Shown piece by piece: positions 26,734 to 35,809 of a stretch of 40,666 bases of DNA. The DNA lies in IMG/VR virus record IMGVR_UViG_3300029179_000010, positions 1 through 40,666 of that record; one strand, 5' to 3'. Each line of letters starts with the position of its first letter. Positions within the stretch are counted from its first letter, which is position 1. The notes under the pieces were generated by a model, which was given only the letters and a program-made list of their open reading frames with translations, did not search any database and had not been told where the DNA came from. The stretch is from a virus (lineage: Duplodnaviria; Caudoviricetes). A program made the position numbers and the translations under genes.

Positions 26734-29700
26734 TTATTCTTTTTGCTGGAAGCGGTATTGTGTTGTCACTTCCGTGATTATAACCTGAATATCGTCATCG
26801 TCAACCTCTTGATCTTCGTTGTGGATAGTAAGTTCTACCTCCATGTCCTGACCAAATACGCGCTTAGACTGTCCTAATTGCATCAATGGGAATCGCAACA
26901 TATTGTTCCTCATCCGTGCGCGGGCATCCGTCCTAACGTCTAATTGCTGCGAGGTATTCGCCGTTACTAATGTAATCTCTCCGATACGCTGATAAGTGTC
27001 AGGCTTGCAGTTGATCTGCATCGTGTCAAATATCTTGTGCCATTGCATATTCCCCGCGTTCACCACAAACCTCAGCTTGGAAGAATAGAACACTCCGTAA
27101 TATTCCCCATAGCGCCCTGCTTGGTGCAAATATAGTGAGGTCGTTTTAGTTGTGCAAATATATTTTCCGTAATTGAGCAGGTAATCAGGGGAAAATGAAA
27201 ATACGCAGCCAAGCGCGTCGAGCATTTCGTTGAAGGCTATCGTGAACGAAGTCCCCTCGTCAGCCCGGTAAAGGGAGTATATGATTTCTTTGTTGCGGCG
27301 GTCTGGTGCGCATTGGATAAGCGTTTGCGCTGCGGGCAAAGATTCAAAGCCTTGTAAGATATTCCACGAAAGAGAATGGAATCCGCGCACATCCGAAATA
27401 CCCTCAAACCCGGCACCGGAATGACGGCAAAAAGTCCGCATCCGCGCATCCGCATAGTGCAGCGTATTGCCAAAAGTAGTTGCCCCTGTTCGTGACTGAC
27501 AGCCGTAATCCCGACTTATGTAGTCGGCTCCGTCAAAGGCCGAACCCGTTCCTGTCTCAATAGGAGCACCTGTTGACGTAGCAAGAATCGTGCGGAGGTT
27601 TATACGCAATGCAGATAGGCTGCGCTCCTGAATACAATAAAGCCCATTGAAAACCCTGTGCAGCCCGGTTATCTTCCCGTGAGTGCCTTCTACCGTGCCA
27701 AAATCTAAAGGCAAGAATATCCTGAAAGAATCAGCCAGTTCGCCGGGCGATTTTTGCTGGGAATAGTAGATTGCCGTTTGCTGGTCGGCAACGGGCTGTA
27801 AGTTGGGCGGCTTGTTTGGGTAAAACCTGATTGTCTCCTCATATTGCAAAGAGCCGTTCACGTTCCAGTCAGACTGCTGGTCTTTATTGATCCCCTTATA
27901 GTATATTGACAAATAAGGGTCAACCTCACAAGCAATAGCCTCCGGGAATACGCCGTCACGCACAAACCTACGTCCGTAACGCATATCGTAATTGTATCGC
28001 GACTCTACCGGAACTATCATGGAAACCGACTGATCTTTGTAGGTATCGTCCAACTCTTGGTCGCAATCAGACCAATACCAAGGGCAAAGCATAGTAAAAT
28101 CCCAATAGGACAAATAGCAGTCGCCGCCCCATACTTCTACATCGTCAAATCGGTAGTGAAGCACACCGTCTATTGTGTCCGTTGGGACATCCGCAAGAAC
28201 GGTAGCGTTTATCGGCTGAAAATGCCCCGTGCTTACATACAGGCGGCTGCCATTTTCGTTGGTATCGTATTGTGCCTGTTGTTTGCCCCAGATATTGACG
28301 ATATAATATGAATAAGGCTGAAGCGTGGATGGCGGAACGGTTCCCGTATCCATCAGCGCCGCGTCCCTGCATTTCATTAATACCGTCCAGCGGGGGACTA
28401 CCGCGCCTTTTTTATGCCCATTGCCGTAATTCGTCGGTTCAATCCGACTATTAATCATAGCATCATAAGACAATGCAAGGTTGTCCGGGTCGTAGTCATC
28501 TATCAGATTGGTAGATAACGACGACTCTATCTTGTATTTTTCTACAAGCCTCGCATTTGAAATACGATAATGTTTGCCAAAAATATTCCGCCTGTCAAAA
28601 CCTGCCGTGGCATACATCTTGCCCCACTCATGGGAGTTATAGTCGGTAGCATTGCCCGTAATCGGGAACAAATACGGCGCAACTCCGCTGACCGTCTCTC
28701 CATATACGGCTGTATCATGGTAACACGTCCTCACATATTCAATATAGTCATCCTTTTCAATATTCGCCTGCCCCTGCTCAATAAAAACATCCGGGCTAAA
28801 AAACTGAAAAGCCCCCGGCCTTGCATACCATGTATTGTCCGAGCCGGACTTTGCAATCAGCGGTGGAAAGTAATAGTTTATCGGCACATTGAACGGTAAT
28901 GCCGACGATGAATAGTCGTTTGTTATAAAAGGATGAGGATAGGTTATATCCTCTACGTCGCCATTTTGAGGGTCATATACCGTATTTGTGATAATACCCT
29001 GATACTTCAGCCGCTTTTTCCTTTTCGCCCGTACAATCGCAAATCCTGATACCTGCAAGTCTCCGTTCTCGTCATAAAGGACCGTTGCGGGAATCTGAAT
29101 ATTTGATACACCCAGCCCCATAATTTGTACCTGAAAGGTTCCTGAGCCCGCATCAAATTCTGTTGGGTAAAAGCCTGATTGATAGCCCGGTGGGAATGTG
29201 ATGTCCCTTAAATCCTGCGCATACATTGGGCGCATCTTCTTGTCAAACAAAACAATCGCAAAAGGATAGGTCTCTTTTCTGAAATAGCCTTTGAAGTGTG
29301 CGTTGAATACAGGCCCCTTGTAGTTAGGGTATTCATTGGCCGCTATATGGCGATAGACGGGGGATCCCCCGGAGTCTGTATAGGCTACAATGTCATATCC
29401 CGTGCTGTCTATATCCACATCCATCATTGGATTCGTATCGAACGGGTAGTTCACATTTCCGGGGCCAATGATGTCCGAACCCACAAGTTTGTCATTGTTG
29501 ACCAATTTTACTATTGGGTTTAGCTCTACGTCCTTAACATTAAATGAAAGGTGCGGAAATACAGACGGGCCCCCTACTATCATCTTATCCCGGAATATTG
29601 CCATTGCCGGGCATTTTGTGAACCACTCGTAATCTGTTACCAAAGATTCATTTGATACAGGCGTTCCGAGGTGCTTGTCCAGCGTAAAGTTTATAACGCC

Positions 29701-30663
29701 GGGATAGGTTGCCGGGTCTATCTCTTGCTCTAAGAAAACAAAGGATTCAAATATCCCCGTATCGTCTATTGCGTACTGGAACGCAACTATCAATTTATAA
29801 TAGCGCGTGTCCAAGTTGGACAACCGAAACTCAATCTGTGTTTCCGTTACCTGATTAGACGGTGACATTTGAACATCCAGATATGGTCCAAGTACGTCAA
29901 CCGCGCTTACGAAATACATCGGCGTGAACGGATGGTACATTGACCTGAAGCCGTCACGGGTCTCATAGGCAAATGTCAGCCTGTAAGCGCCAGACTTTAA
30001 AGCGCCACCCGTAGTTTGATAGTCATAAGGGAGCAATTCACCTCCCGCAACATCGGGGCGCAGGTTCATTGAATGAACCGAAAACCACCAAGGGTAAGGG
30101 TCGGGCACTCCGCATTCCTGATTGTTGTGCCAAGGCTGCCCGTTAGCATCGTAGCACAAACGGATATTCAAACAGCGCGGCTCCCGCTTTGCATCCCACC
30201 AATACACCCGTTCTATGTCAACCGATTCAATATTATAGTCCGCTTCTATGCGGTACTGATACCCCGTCTGGAAATTAAGTAAATCCCCGTTAGGGTCGTA
30301 GTTGTCATTGAACAGCGTAGTGTAAGTGACCGTATCTGTTAAAGCATTTACGGTGAACACCCCTATTTCGGAATGTTCTCCGTCGGTTAAAAACACCAAG
30401 CACTTATCGCCCATGTCACAATGCCCGACACATACAAGCTCTCCGCAAAAAGTATGCACTTCCTTATTGCCGCGTTCAACGGCAAAAGCCCGAAGGGCTG
30501 ACCCGCCGACATCGGTAAGTTTCATTGAGTTGCCCGTAGAAGCCGCCTCATTAAAGACTACCCTGCCGTTAAGCGCATAGATATACCCGTTTTGCGGCAC
30601 TATGTGCGTATCATTGTCGCCCTGCACCCACCCTGCGTTGAACGTGTTTATTGTGCGGTTCAT
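26734..30663 (-). CDS. Tail stabilisation/muzzle protein (P22 gp10-like, crAss Tstab-like)
   Basis: 1309 aa; NTFNAG start, KGYFRKETYPFAIV, WGGDCY, DSFRIF and ADYISRDYGCQS motifs. Confidence 0.8.
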   Translation of the reverse strand: MNRTINTFNAGWVQGDNDTHIVPQNGYIYALNGRVVFNEAASTGNSMKLTDVGGSALRAFAVERGNKEVHTFCGELVCVGHCDMGDKCLVFLTDGEHSEIGVFTVNALTDTVTYTTLFNDNYDPNGDLLNFQTGYQYRIEADYNIESVDIERVYWWDAKREPRCLNIRLCYDANGQPWHNNQECGVPDPYPWWFSVHSMNLRPDVAGGELLPYDYQTTGGALKSGAYRLTFAYETRDGFRSMYHPFTPMYFVSAVDVLGPYLDVQMSPSNQVTETQIEFRLSNLDTRYYKLIVAFQYAIDDTGIFESFVFLEQEIDPATYPGVINFTLDKHLGTPVSNESLVTDYEWFTKCPAMAIFRDKMIVGGPSVFPHLSFNVKDVELNPIVKLVNNDKLVGSDIIGPGNVNYPFDTNPMMDVDIDSTGYDIVAYTDSGGSPVYRHIAANEYPNYKGPVFNAHFKGYFRKETYPFAIVLFDKKMRPMYAQDLRDITFPPGYQSGFYPTEFDAGSGTFQVQIMGLGVSNIQIPATVLYDENGDLQVSGFAIVRAKRKKRLKYQGIITNTVYDPQNGDVEDITYPHPFITNDYSSSALPFNVPINYYFPPLIAKSGSDNTWYARPGAFQFFSPDVFIEQGQANIEKDDYIEYVRTCYHDTAVYGETVSGVAPYLFPITGNATDYNSHEWGKMYATAGFDRRNIFGKHYRISNARLVEKYKIESSLSTNLIDDYDPDNLALSYDAMINSRIEPTNYGNGHKKGAVVPRWTVLMKCRDAALMDTGTVPPSTLQPYSYYIVNIWGKQQAQYDTNENGSRLYVSTGHFQPINATVLADVPTDTIDGVLHYRFDDVEVWGGDCYLSYWDFTMLCPWYWSDCDQELDDTYKDQSVSMIVPVESRYNYDMRYGRRFVRDGVFPEAIACEVDPYLSIYYKGINKDQQSDWNVNGSLQYEETIRFYPNKPPNLQPVADQQTAIYYSQQKSPGELADSFRIFLPLDFGTVEGTHGKITGLHRVFNGLYCIQERSLSALRINLRTILATSTGAPIETGTGSAFDGADYISRDYGCQSRTGATTFGNTLHYADARMRTFCRHSGAGFEGISDVRGFHSLSWNILQGFESLPAAQTLIQCAPDRRNKEIIYSLYRADEGTSFTIAFNEMLDALGCVFSFSPDYLLNYGKYICTTKTTSLYLHQAGRYGEYYGVFYSSKLRFVVNAGNMQWHKIFDTMQINCKPDTYQRIGEITLVTANTSQQLDVRTDARARMRNNMLRFPLMQLGQSKRVFGQDMEVELTIHNEDQEVDDDDIQVIITEVTTQYRFQQKE

Positions 30664-31235
30664 CTTAGGACTTTAGCTTGTATTTTGTTAGCAACCGAAC
30701 GTGAACGCGCCCCGTCCTTTTGGATTAATCCCCTGAGTTCAGAAAGAGCCATTCCGTAATGGCGTTCACATTCCCGCGCCTCCTGATATTTGCCACAAGC
30801 AAAATTATGCTTCCACAACACATAGGCGCGAAAAGCATCTGCTGCATCTTCCCAGATTAGGGGCATCCCAACTTCGTTAAGGGGTACTACATAATACGCC
30901 AATATCCCCTGATAGGGGAAATTGGTATAAATGCAGTTGCCGCGAATGGCGTAACCGGGAAGTGCGTGCGACTCTATTGCCGAAACTTTTTGTACGGGCA
31001 TCCCACTAAGCATAACCGACTCGTCCGAGGCAAACCCCGGCGGCAAATCTCCTTTATACAGAAATTTGTTTTCTTCCATCTGCTCCGTCTGCAATTGGAT
31101 TTCACGGTATTCCATCAAACCCGTAGGGGCGCGGCGGATAAAATCATAAGCCAGACGCGCAAGCCTGTCCGGGGCTATCTCCGGCGTTAGCTGCAAGTCC
31201 TGTACTATATAGCCTATATCTGCATACTTACTCAT
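30660..31235 (-). CDS. Tail ring/tubular protein
   Basis: YAIRGNCIYTNF...LAYYVVPLNEVGMPLI...AFRAYV motif; directly upstream of the muzzle gene. Confidence 0.7.
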   Translation of the reverse strand: MSKYADIGYIVQDLQLTPEIAPDRLARLAYDFIRRAPTGLMEYREIQLQTEQMEENKFLYKGDLPPGFASDESVMLSGMPVQKVSAIESHALPGYAIRGNCIYTNFPYQGILAYYVVPLNEVGMPLIWEDAADAFRAYVLWKHNFACGKYQEARECERHYGMALSELRGLIQKDGARSRSVANKIQAKVLR

Positions 31236-31890
31236 TGCTTGCGTTGTTTGTAGTGTCTTGTCTTGACTGTGCCTCTAAGATAAGATATTTTCTCAGCACT
31301 TCGTCACGCATTCTGGAAAACATCCACTCCGGGATGTTAGTATCCTCCCAAATATCATAGCATCCGCTTACGGTTGCGGTTATTGAGTCCGGCAATGCCT
31401 GAACAAGAACACAATCAATAAGCGATTCCGGCGGGGGGAATATAAAGATAGTGTCGCCGGTCAGATAATATGAATGCGAATTAGGCGCGGCGGGGAACCT
31501 CCCCTGATTGCCTATGCCAATGTATTGCGGCGAAATCGTTTTAAACGCCTGACCCATATCGGTAGTGCCTACATAACGGATCATGTAACGCCCGTTTACC
31601 GAAGCAAGTTTAGGAAGCTTCGCTTTCAATACGCGGCACGGCGCAGAACAGCCGCACTCCGTATAGGAAGCCGCCGTCAAAGGGATGCAAAAGTTACGGT
31701 ACAACTGCCCGTCCGTCTGTTCCCCGTTCAATAAGTTTGAACGGATAATAGCCGAATATTCGCCGTCCAGTAACCGTATTACGCGACGGATAGAGAAACG
31801 GGTGTCGTCCGTTGGTTTGCCGCCCGACATAATTGAAATCGTGCGGGCTGCTTGTGCATATAACGAGTTTGGTGCCGCTGTATTGCTCAT
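31228..31890 (-). CDS. Tail ring protein
   Basis: SGGKPTDDTRFS, CIPL...ECGC, LPKL, CYDIWED..IP and DTTNN motifs. Confidence 0.65.
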   Translation of the reverse strand: MSNTAAPNSLYAQAARTISIMSGGKPTDDTRFSIRRVIRLLDGEYSAIIRSNLLNGEQTDGQLYRNFCIPLTAASYTECGCSAPCRVLKAKLPKLASVNGRYMIRYVGTTDMGQAFKTISPQYIGIGNQGRFPAAPNSHSYYLTGDTIFIFPPPESLIDCVLVQALPDSITATVSGCYDIWEDTNIPEWMFSRMRDEVLRKYLILEAQSRQDTTNNASNE

Positions 31891-32489
31891 GTGTTCCTTA
31901 ATTGATTTGCGGCGGAACCTCCCTCTTTGCGTACAGAGGATACTCCCCGTGAACGCTTGCGGAGTTCCGCCAAGTCCTGACCGCCTACTGCTTGCCTCAA
32001 CACCTCGATGTCGTTTGACATTTTAGCCAGAAGTTCGGAAATTATTTTTATGTTTTCTAAACGCTGACGCATTGTCTCCTCGTCATCCTTTGCGCTGATT
32101 TTTATAGACCCCATAACCAACGACAATTCACGGTGCTTTGCGACCTTTACCTCCAGTTCGTCACCAAGGGCATCCGGCTCGTCTGCTTTAAAGAACTCCA
32201 CCGCTGTTTTGAACACATTCGTGTTGGGGATTTTGGAAATATCTTCAGCTAAAATGTCCGTAGGAACGCCGTAGTTCTCCAGCATCTTATGGACAGCTAA
32301 TGCACTGCGCCGGTTCTTCCCGTCGCCGTCTTTTTGGACTTTCATCGGGGAAAGGTGACTGCTCGTGTACAACAACATCAACAGCCCCGCCACCCCGTGC
32401 CTTTTATACAGATCGTTGTATTGCGGGACGGTTGTCATCCATGCAACGTCCGTAATTACACTATTAGCCGTTATTTTTGCAATAACCAT
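31887..32489 (-). CDS. Hypothetical protein, possibly terminase small subunit-like
   Basis: First gene of the late operon; VPQY...LY...SP motif and C-terminal coiled coil ending in RG; weak resemblance only. Confidence 0.4.
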   Translation of the reverse strand: MVIAKITANSVITDVAWMTTVPQYNDLYKRHGVAGLLMLLYTSSHLSPMKVQKDGDGKNRRSALAVHKMLENYGVPTDILAEDISKIPNTNVFKTAVEFFKADEPDALGDELEVKVAKHRELSLVMGSIKISAKDDEETMRQRLENIKIISELLAKMSNDIEVLRQAVGGQDLAELRKRSRGVSSVRKEGGSAANQLRNT

Positions 32490-32499
32490 AATTAGTGAC

Positions 32500-32517
32500 T
32501 ATTTTTGTGCAAAGATA
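32500..32517. promoter_or_regulatory. Adjacent opposite-strand Bacteroidota -7 elements between divergent genes
   Basis: TATTTTTG on + (32500-32507) and TATCTTTG on - (32510-32517) in the 52-nt gap. Confidence 0.65.
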
Positions 32518-32541
32518 CAATATTCAAACACAAAAGTCAAT

Positions 32542-33339
32542 ATGAAAAAAAATGAAACATCGGGCAAGAAAAAAGGCCGCAAGTACCTGCGGTTTATGCC
32601 AAACTCCCCGCACCGTTTTTCACGCCCTTACTTCGGCGCTTCCCGGGAAGAAGATAAGCGGCTGCACATCAAAGAATCGCATACAATCTCACAAGCCGTG
32701 CTAATTGCAAAAATATGCGAACGGCGCTATAAACAAGGCTACCCTCAGTTTACAACAAAGAACGTCACTTCTGTCATCAACGAGTACTTTGACCAAATCC
32801 ATCTCGAAATGATGCGCGGGAACTCTGTTGCTTTGAGGCGTATAGGACACCTCCGGTTTGTCATGTTCTTAGACCGCCCCCGCACGGCGCTGGAAAAAAA
32901 ATCGGGATCAAAATACACCGTCCGGGGTATTCATACTTTTGTGCCAAGCCCCGGTGCATTCCATAATTTCAATAACAAAATGTCGGACTACCTCGCCCCC
33001 GGCGGCGTAGATTCTTATGCCGAACTTGTTGAGCGCCTTGATAGGTATATTTCGGCAACGCCCCCGCCAATACAGACATTGGCTGATTTAAAAAAAGCAA
33101 TGAAACTCGAAAGGCTTGCCGAAGAAAATCCAGACTTAGCGTTCCGTTTCCATGCAGCAAGGCATGAAGCGTCCAAAGACCAACGCAAACGGGATGCACG
33201 GAATAAAATCCTCGAAGTAAAGTACCACCCCAACCAACGGCAAGTGGTTGAACTACGCCAGCGGACAATGATGCCGGACGCTGAAGGCAACCAAGAGCAA
33301 ATGGACAACTCTTTTGACTACGATTTGCCCGACGAATAA
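32542..33339 (+). CDS. HU/IHF-like DNA-binding protein with C-terminal extension
   Basis: SQAVLIAKI...VTSVINEYFDQIHLEMMRGNSVALRRIGHLRFV...FVPS matches the HU/IHF fold; start moved to ATG 32542. Confidence 0.65.
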   Translation: MKKNETSGKKKGRKYLRFMPNSPHRFSRPYFGASREEDKRLHIKESHTISQAVLIAKICERRYKQGYPQFTTKNVTSVINEYFDQIHLEMMRGNSVALRRIGHLRFVMFLDRPRTALEKKSGSKYTVRGIHTFVPSPGAFHNFNNKMSDYLAPGGVDSYAELVERLDRYISATPPPIQTLADLKKAMKLERLAEENPDLAFRFHAARHEASKDQRKRDARNKILEVKYHPNQRQVVELRQRTMMPDAEGNQEQMDNSFDYDLPDE

Positions 33340-33932
33340 CGGTCTAAGAACTCCGGGTATAGCAACCCTACCGCATCTAAAACGTCGCCGTTCCCGTGCT
33401 TTAGCTCGGGGAAAAACTTTTGCGCCGTCTTTAACGTCCATTTTGTAGGATATGCCCGGAGTTGCCCATTTTTAGAAGCACGGGCAAGTACGGAACGGGC
33501 GCGGCTGATAGCAAGGATGTCAGAACCCAATGTTGTCCCAGAGGTTATTAATGACGACAATGCCCCGTACTTGCGTTGAGAAACAAAAGATAACCGCTGA
33601 CTGCCCAGTACAATTTCAATTTCGTGCTGAAAGGACGTGCATATCCTCTCAAACACTAATGCTACCCCGGCAGCTTTGCCAGAGTCAAACGTGCGCATGA
33701 ACGAATCTCTTTCTTTGCCGCCTTTCGCCGCCCCATAAGCCGCTTTGGCATCCGGGATTTCTATGCGGAACAAACAGTTTCTCCCGTAGTCCTCCGTTAT
33801 CTCCCTTACAAAATCTTTAAGGTTCTCCGGGGCTATCTGTGCCGTCCTCACTATCAATCGTTTCTTTACATCGTATATCGCAAGTCCACAAGCCTGCATA
33901 TCCGCATCAAATGTTACTATAATGTCCGCCAT
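33318..33932 (-). CDS. RuvC-like (RNase H fold) Holliday junction resolvase
   Basis: IVTFDAD...GLAIYD, FRIEIP and DVLDAVGL acidic motifs. Confidence 0.6.
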   Translation of the reverse strand: MADIIVTFDADMQACGLAIYDVKKRLIVRTAQIAPENLKDFVREITEDYGRNCLFRIEIPDAKAAYGAAKGGKERDSFMRTFDSGKAAGVALVFERICTSFQHEIEIVLGSQRLSFVSQRKYGALSSLITSGTTLGSDILAISRARSVLARASKNGQLRAYPTKWTLKTAQKFFPELKHGNGDVLDAVGLLYPEFLDRYSSGKS

Positions 33933-33974
33933 CGTTCGTTGTCTATTTTGTTTTGCAATCAGGCAACCTCATCT

Positions 33975-34236
33975 TTATAGCTTAACACCCTGGCTATCAA
34001 CACATATTGCGGATGGCAACGATGCCCTACCCTCTTTTTCACGGTCAAGTTTGTTAAGTTCTTGATTAATTTCCATCAATAGACCAGTCCTGTTCCACTA
34101 ACTAAAATAGTGATAAACGGCTTGCCAATGGGAGTCGGAGAGTGGCTCATACTGCCTTACCATATTGTGTGTTTTTTTATCAACACAAAAATACGGAACG
34201 ACTACCACTTTTGAAATTTAATTTCCCAACAAACTC
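33975..34236 (-). pseudogene. IS5-family (IS1031-like) remnant: left end and internally deleted transposase
   Basis: ATG 34163 gives MVRQYEPLSDSHWQAVYHYFS*WNRTG...INQELNKLDREKEGRASLPSAICVDSQGVKL*; in-frame TAG at 34098-34100; end GAGTTTGTTGGGAAA preceded by TAA; own TATTTTTG at 34186-34193. Confidence 0.8.
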
Positions 34237-34362
34237 TTAGGCAGCGCATTCTGCGTTTGGGAATACGTCACGCATCTGCTGCTGTCTTTCAATAAAGTCG
34301 AACAACGGCTTTCCCTCTTTTAACAAAGAAGGGTTCCAGGAAAATTCACTCCGGTAGCTCAT
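34237..34362 (-). CDS. Small hypothetical protein (41 aa) ending at the IS target TAA
   Basis: MSYRSEFSWNPSLLKEGKPLFDFIERQQQMRDVFPNAECAA; ATG 2 nt after the SSB stop. Confidence 0.4.
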   Translation of the reverse strand: MSYRSEFSWNPSLLKEGKPLFDFIERQQQMRDVFPNAECAA

Positions 34363-34364
34363 CG

Positions 34365-34757
34365 TCAAAAGGGCAAATCTCCTTCTGCGGGAAGTGGCAT
34401 ATCTGCGCTGACCGGGGTGGCCGATTTCGAACCGGAATCCTTTTCAGCCTCCGTGAATGCACTTGGCTGCCCCGTGCCAAGCCAGTCAATCTTCCACGCA
34501 TTAAGCGAAATGAAATACTTTACTATTCCGGTCTTAGAGTCAGCCCATTCACGCCCGCGAATGTCAAAATGAATGCTTACGTCCGTTCCTTTGGCAGATT
34601 CTGTGACCAAATCTACGCGCTCGTTTACAAACTCAAACGCAATTTTCTGGGGGTACTGGTCATATGTCTCAATAACCACTTCGCGCTTGCGGAGCTTTTC
34701 GCTGATTTGAGTTACGGGGGATACAGCGATTACCGTGCCTTTAATTTGATTGCTCAT
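34365..34757 (-). CDS. DUF3127-type single-stranded DNA-binding protein
   Basis: KREVVIET..QYPQKIAFEF...VSIHFDIRGREW...YFISLNAWKI and acidic DLPF tail. Confidence 0.85.
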   Translation of the reverse strand: MSNQIKGTVIAVSPVTQISEKLRKREVVIETYDQYPQKIAFEFVNERVDLVTESAKGTDVSIHFDIRGREWADSKTGIVKYFISLNAWKIDWLGTGQPSAFTEAEKDSGSKSATPVSADMPLPAEGDLPF

Positions 34758-34774
34758 AAATGGTGTGTTTTGTG

Positions 34775-34782
34775 CAAAGTTA
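34775..34782 (-). promoter_or_regulatory. Bacteroidota -7 element (TAACTTTG) upstream of SSB
   Basis: Matches TAnnTTTG 17 nt before the ATG at 34757. Confidence 0.5.
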
Positions 34783-35799
34783 TAAAAATTTATTTTCATA
34801 TTCGTTGATTGCCTTAAATATTTGAAAAACGAGTTGCGGTACTACTGCATTTCCTGCCGCCTTTATGGTTTCGTTGCGCCATTTTGAAACGGTAATTCCG
34901 TCCAGTTTGGGGGGAACCCCATCATTTCCAATACAAACCGGTGATTGAGTCGGGAACTCTTCCCAATACCAACTGCCTCCCCTAAATTCATCCCGTATCC
35001 CTCCGATTGTCGGTTTTCGTTGCTTGTTGCCCTTGGAGTGGGTAGCAATTCCCTGTTCGCGTTGCGCATTATCCAGCCTGGAACTGAATCTCTGTCCAAC
35101 TGAGAGGGAGAAAATGTTCCGTTTTTCCCGTCTTGTGCGGATGGGGTTGGCAGCAGCACCAGTTTTTCCATTGTCGGCTCGTAACCGCTCATGATTTCCT
35201 GTGCCAATGTTCCGCTGTTTCCGCTGACTGGCTCTTTCTTCCCGCTGCTTATCATTCCATCCATCGCAGTGGGCGTTTTTATGAGCCACGAACCAAACTC
35301 TGTCTCTTCTGTGGGGCGCGCCGACACCGCAAGCTGGAAGTATATACGTTTGTACTTCGTACCCTTCAGCTTCCAGTTCAGCCTGCACCTCCTCAAAGAC
35401 CAATCCCCTGTTCCAATTAACAATTCCGAAAACGTTTTCCCCCACAATCCAGCGCGGCCTGAGCTCTCGTATAACTCTAAGCATTTCCGGCCAGAGGTGT
35501 CTATCATCGTCTTTTCCCTTTCTCTTTCCTGCAAGTGAATAGGGCTGACATGGGAATCCTCCTGACAAAACAATGTCGTCTGAATGCCAGGCTGTACCGT
35601 GCCTTTTTGTGAGTTCTTCATTGATTTTTCCATAAGTAAGGGTTTTTATATCGTCATGGTGGTAAGCATATGGCCAGTAGTACTCCAGTACACGTCGGCC
35701 AAAAGGGTTAATTTCGCAGCTTAGGATGTTTTCCCAGCGTGCCCACTGCGCGGCAAGGTCAAAGCCGCCAATACCTGAAAAAAGGGAAATGTGTTTCAT
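34780..35799 (-). CDS. C5-cytosine DNA methyltransferase, alpha polypeptide
   Basis: SLFSGIGG (I), GGFPCQ (IV), ENV (VI), HRRDRVW (VIII), GNAVV (X); motif IX absent from this frame. Confidence 0.92.
   Translation of the reverse strand: MKHISLFSGIGGFDLAAQWARWENILSCEINPFGRRVLEYYWPYAYHHDDIKTLTYGKINEELTKRHGTAWHSDDIVLSGGFPCQPYSLAGKRKGKDDDRHLWPEMLRVIRELRPRWIVGENVFGIVNWNRGLVFEEVQAELEAEGYEVQTYILPACGVGAPHRRDRVWFVAHKNAHCDGWNDKQREERASQRKQRNIGTGNHERLRADNGKTGAAANPIRTRREKRNIFSLSVGQRFSSRLDNAQREQGIATHSKGNKQRKPTIGGIRDEFRGGSWYWEEFPTQSPVCIGNDGVPPKLDGITVSKWRNETIKAAGNAVVPQLVFQIFKAINEYENKFL
34863..35633 (-). CDS. C5 MTase beta polypeptide nested in an alternative frame (M.EcoHK31I-like)
   Basis: 256 aa inside alpha; IKTP/LLPTP repeats; motif IX-like RLNHRFVLEMMGFPPNWT. 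Confidence 0.75.
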   Translation of the reverse strand: MEKSMKNSQKGTVQPGIQTTLFCQEDSHVSPIHLQEREREKTMIDTSGRKCLELYESSGRAGLWGKTFSELLIGTGDWSLRRCRLNWKLKGTKYKRIYFQLAVSARPTEETEFGSWLIKTPTAMDGMISSGKKEPVSGNSGTLAQEIMSGYEPTMEKLVLLPTPSAQDGKNGTFSPSQLDRDSVPGWIMRNANRELLPTPRATSNENRQSEGYGMNLGEAVGIGKSSRLNHRFVLEMMGFPPNWTELPFQNGATKP

Positions 35800-35809
35800 G
35801 GCTTTAATT

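Noticed and set aside
5847-31734. Numerous + strand ORFs opposite the virion genes
   Set aside because: Antisense shadows of long minus-strand genes with no recognisable motifs.
34098-34100. TAG stop-codon reassignment as in some crAss-like phages
   Set aside because: The only in-frame TAG noticed is in a decayed IS; long genes are intact under the standard code and no suppressor tRNA was seen.
34313-34333. Hairpin ccctcttt/aaagaaggg as a terminator after SSB
   Set aside because: Imperfect stem, no U-tract on the minus strand, and it lies within a small ORF.
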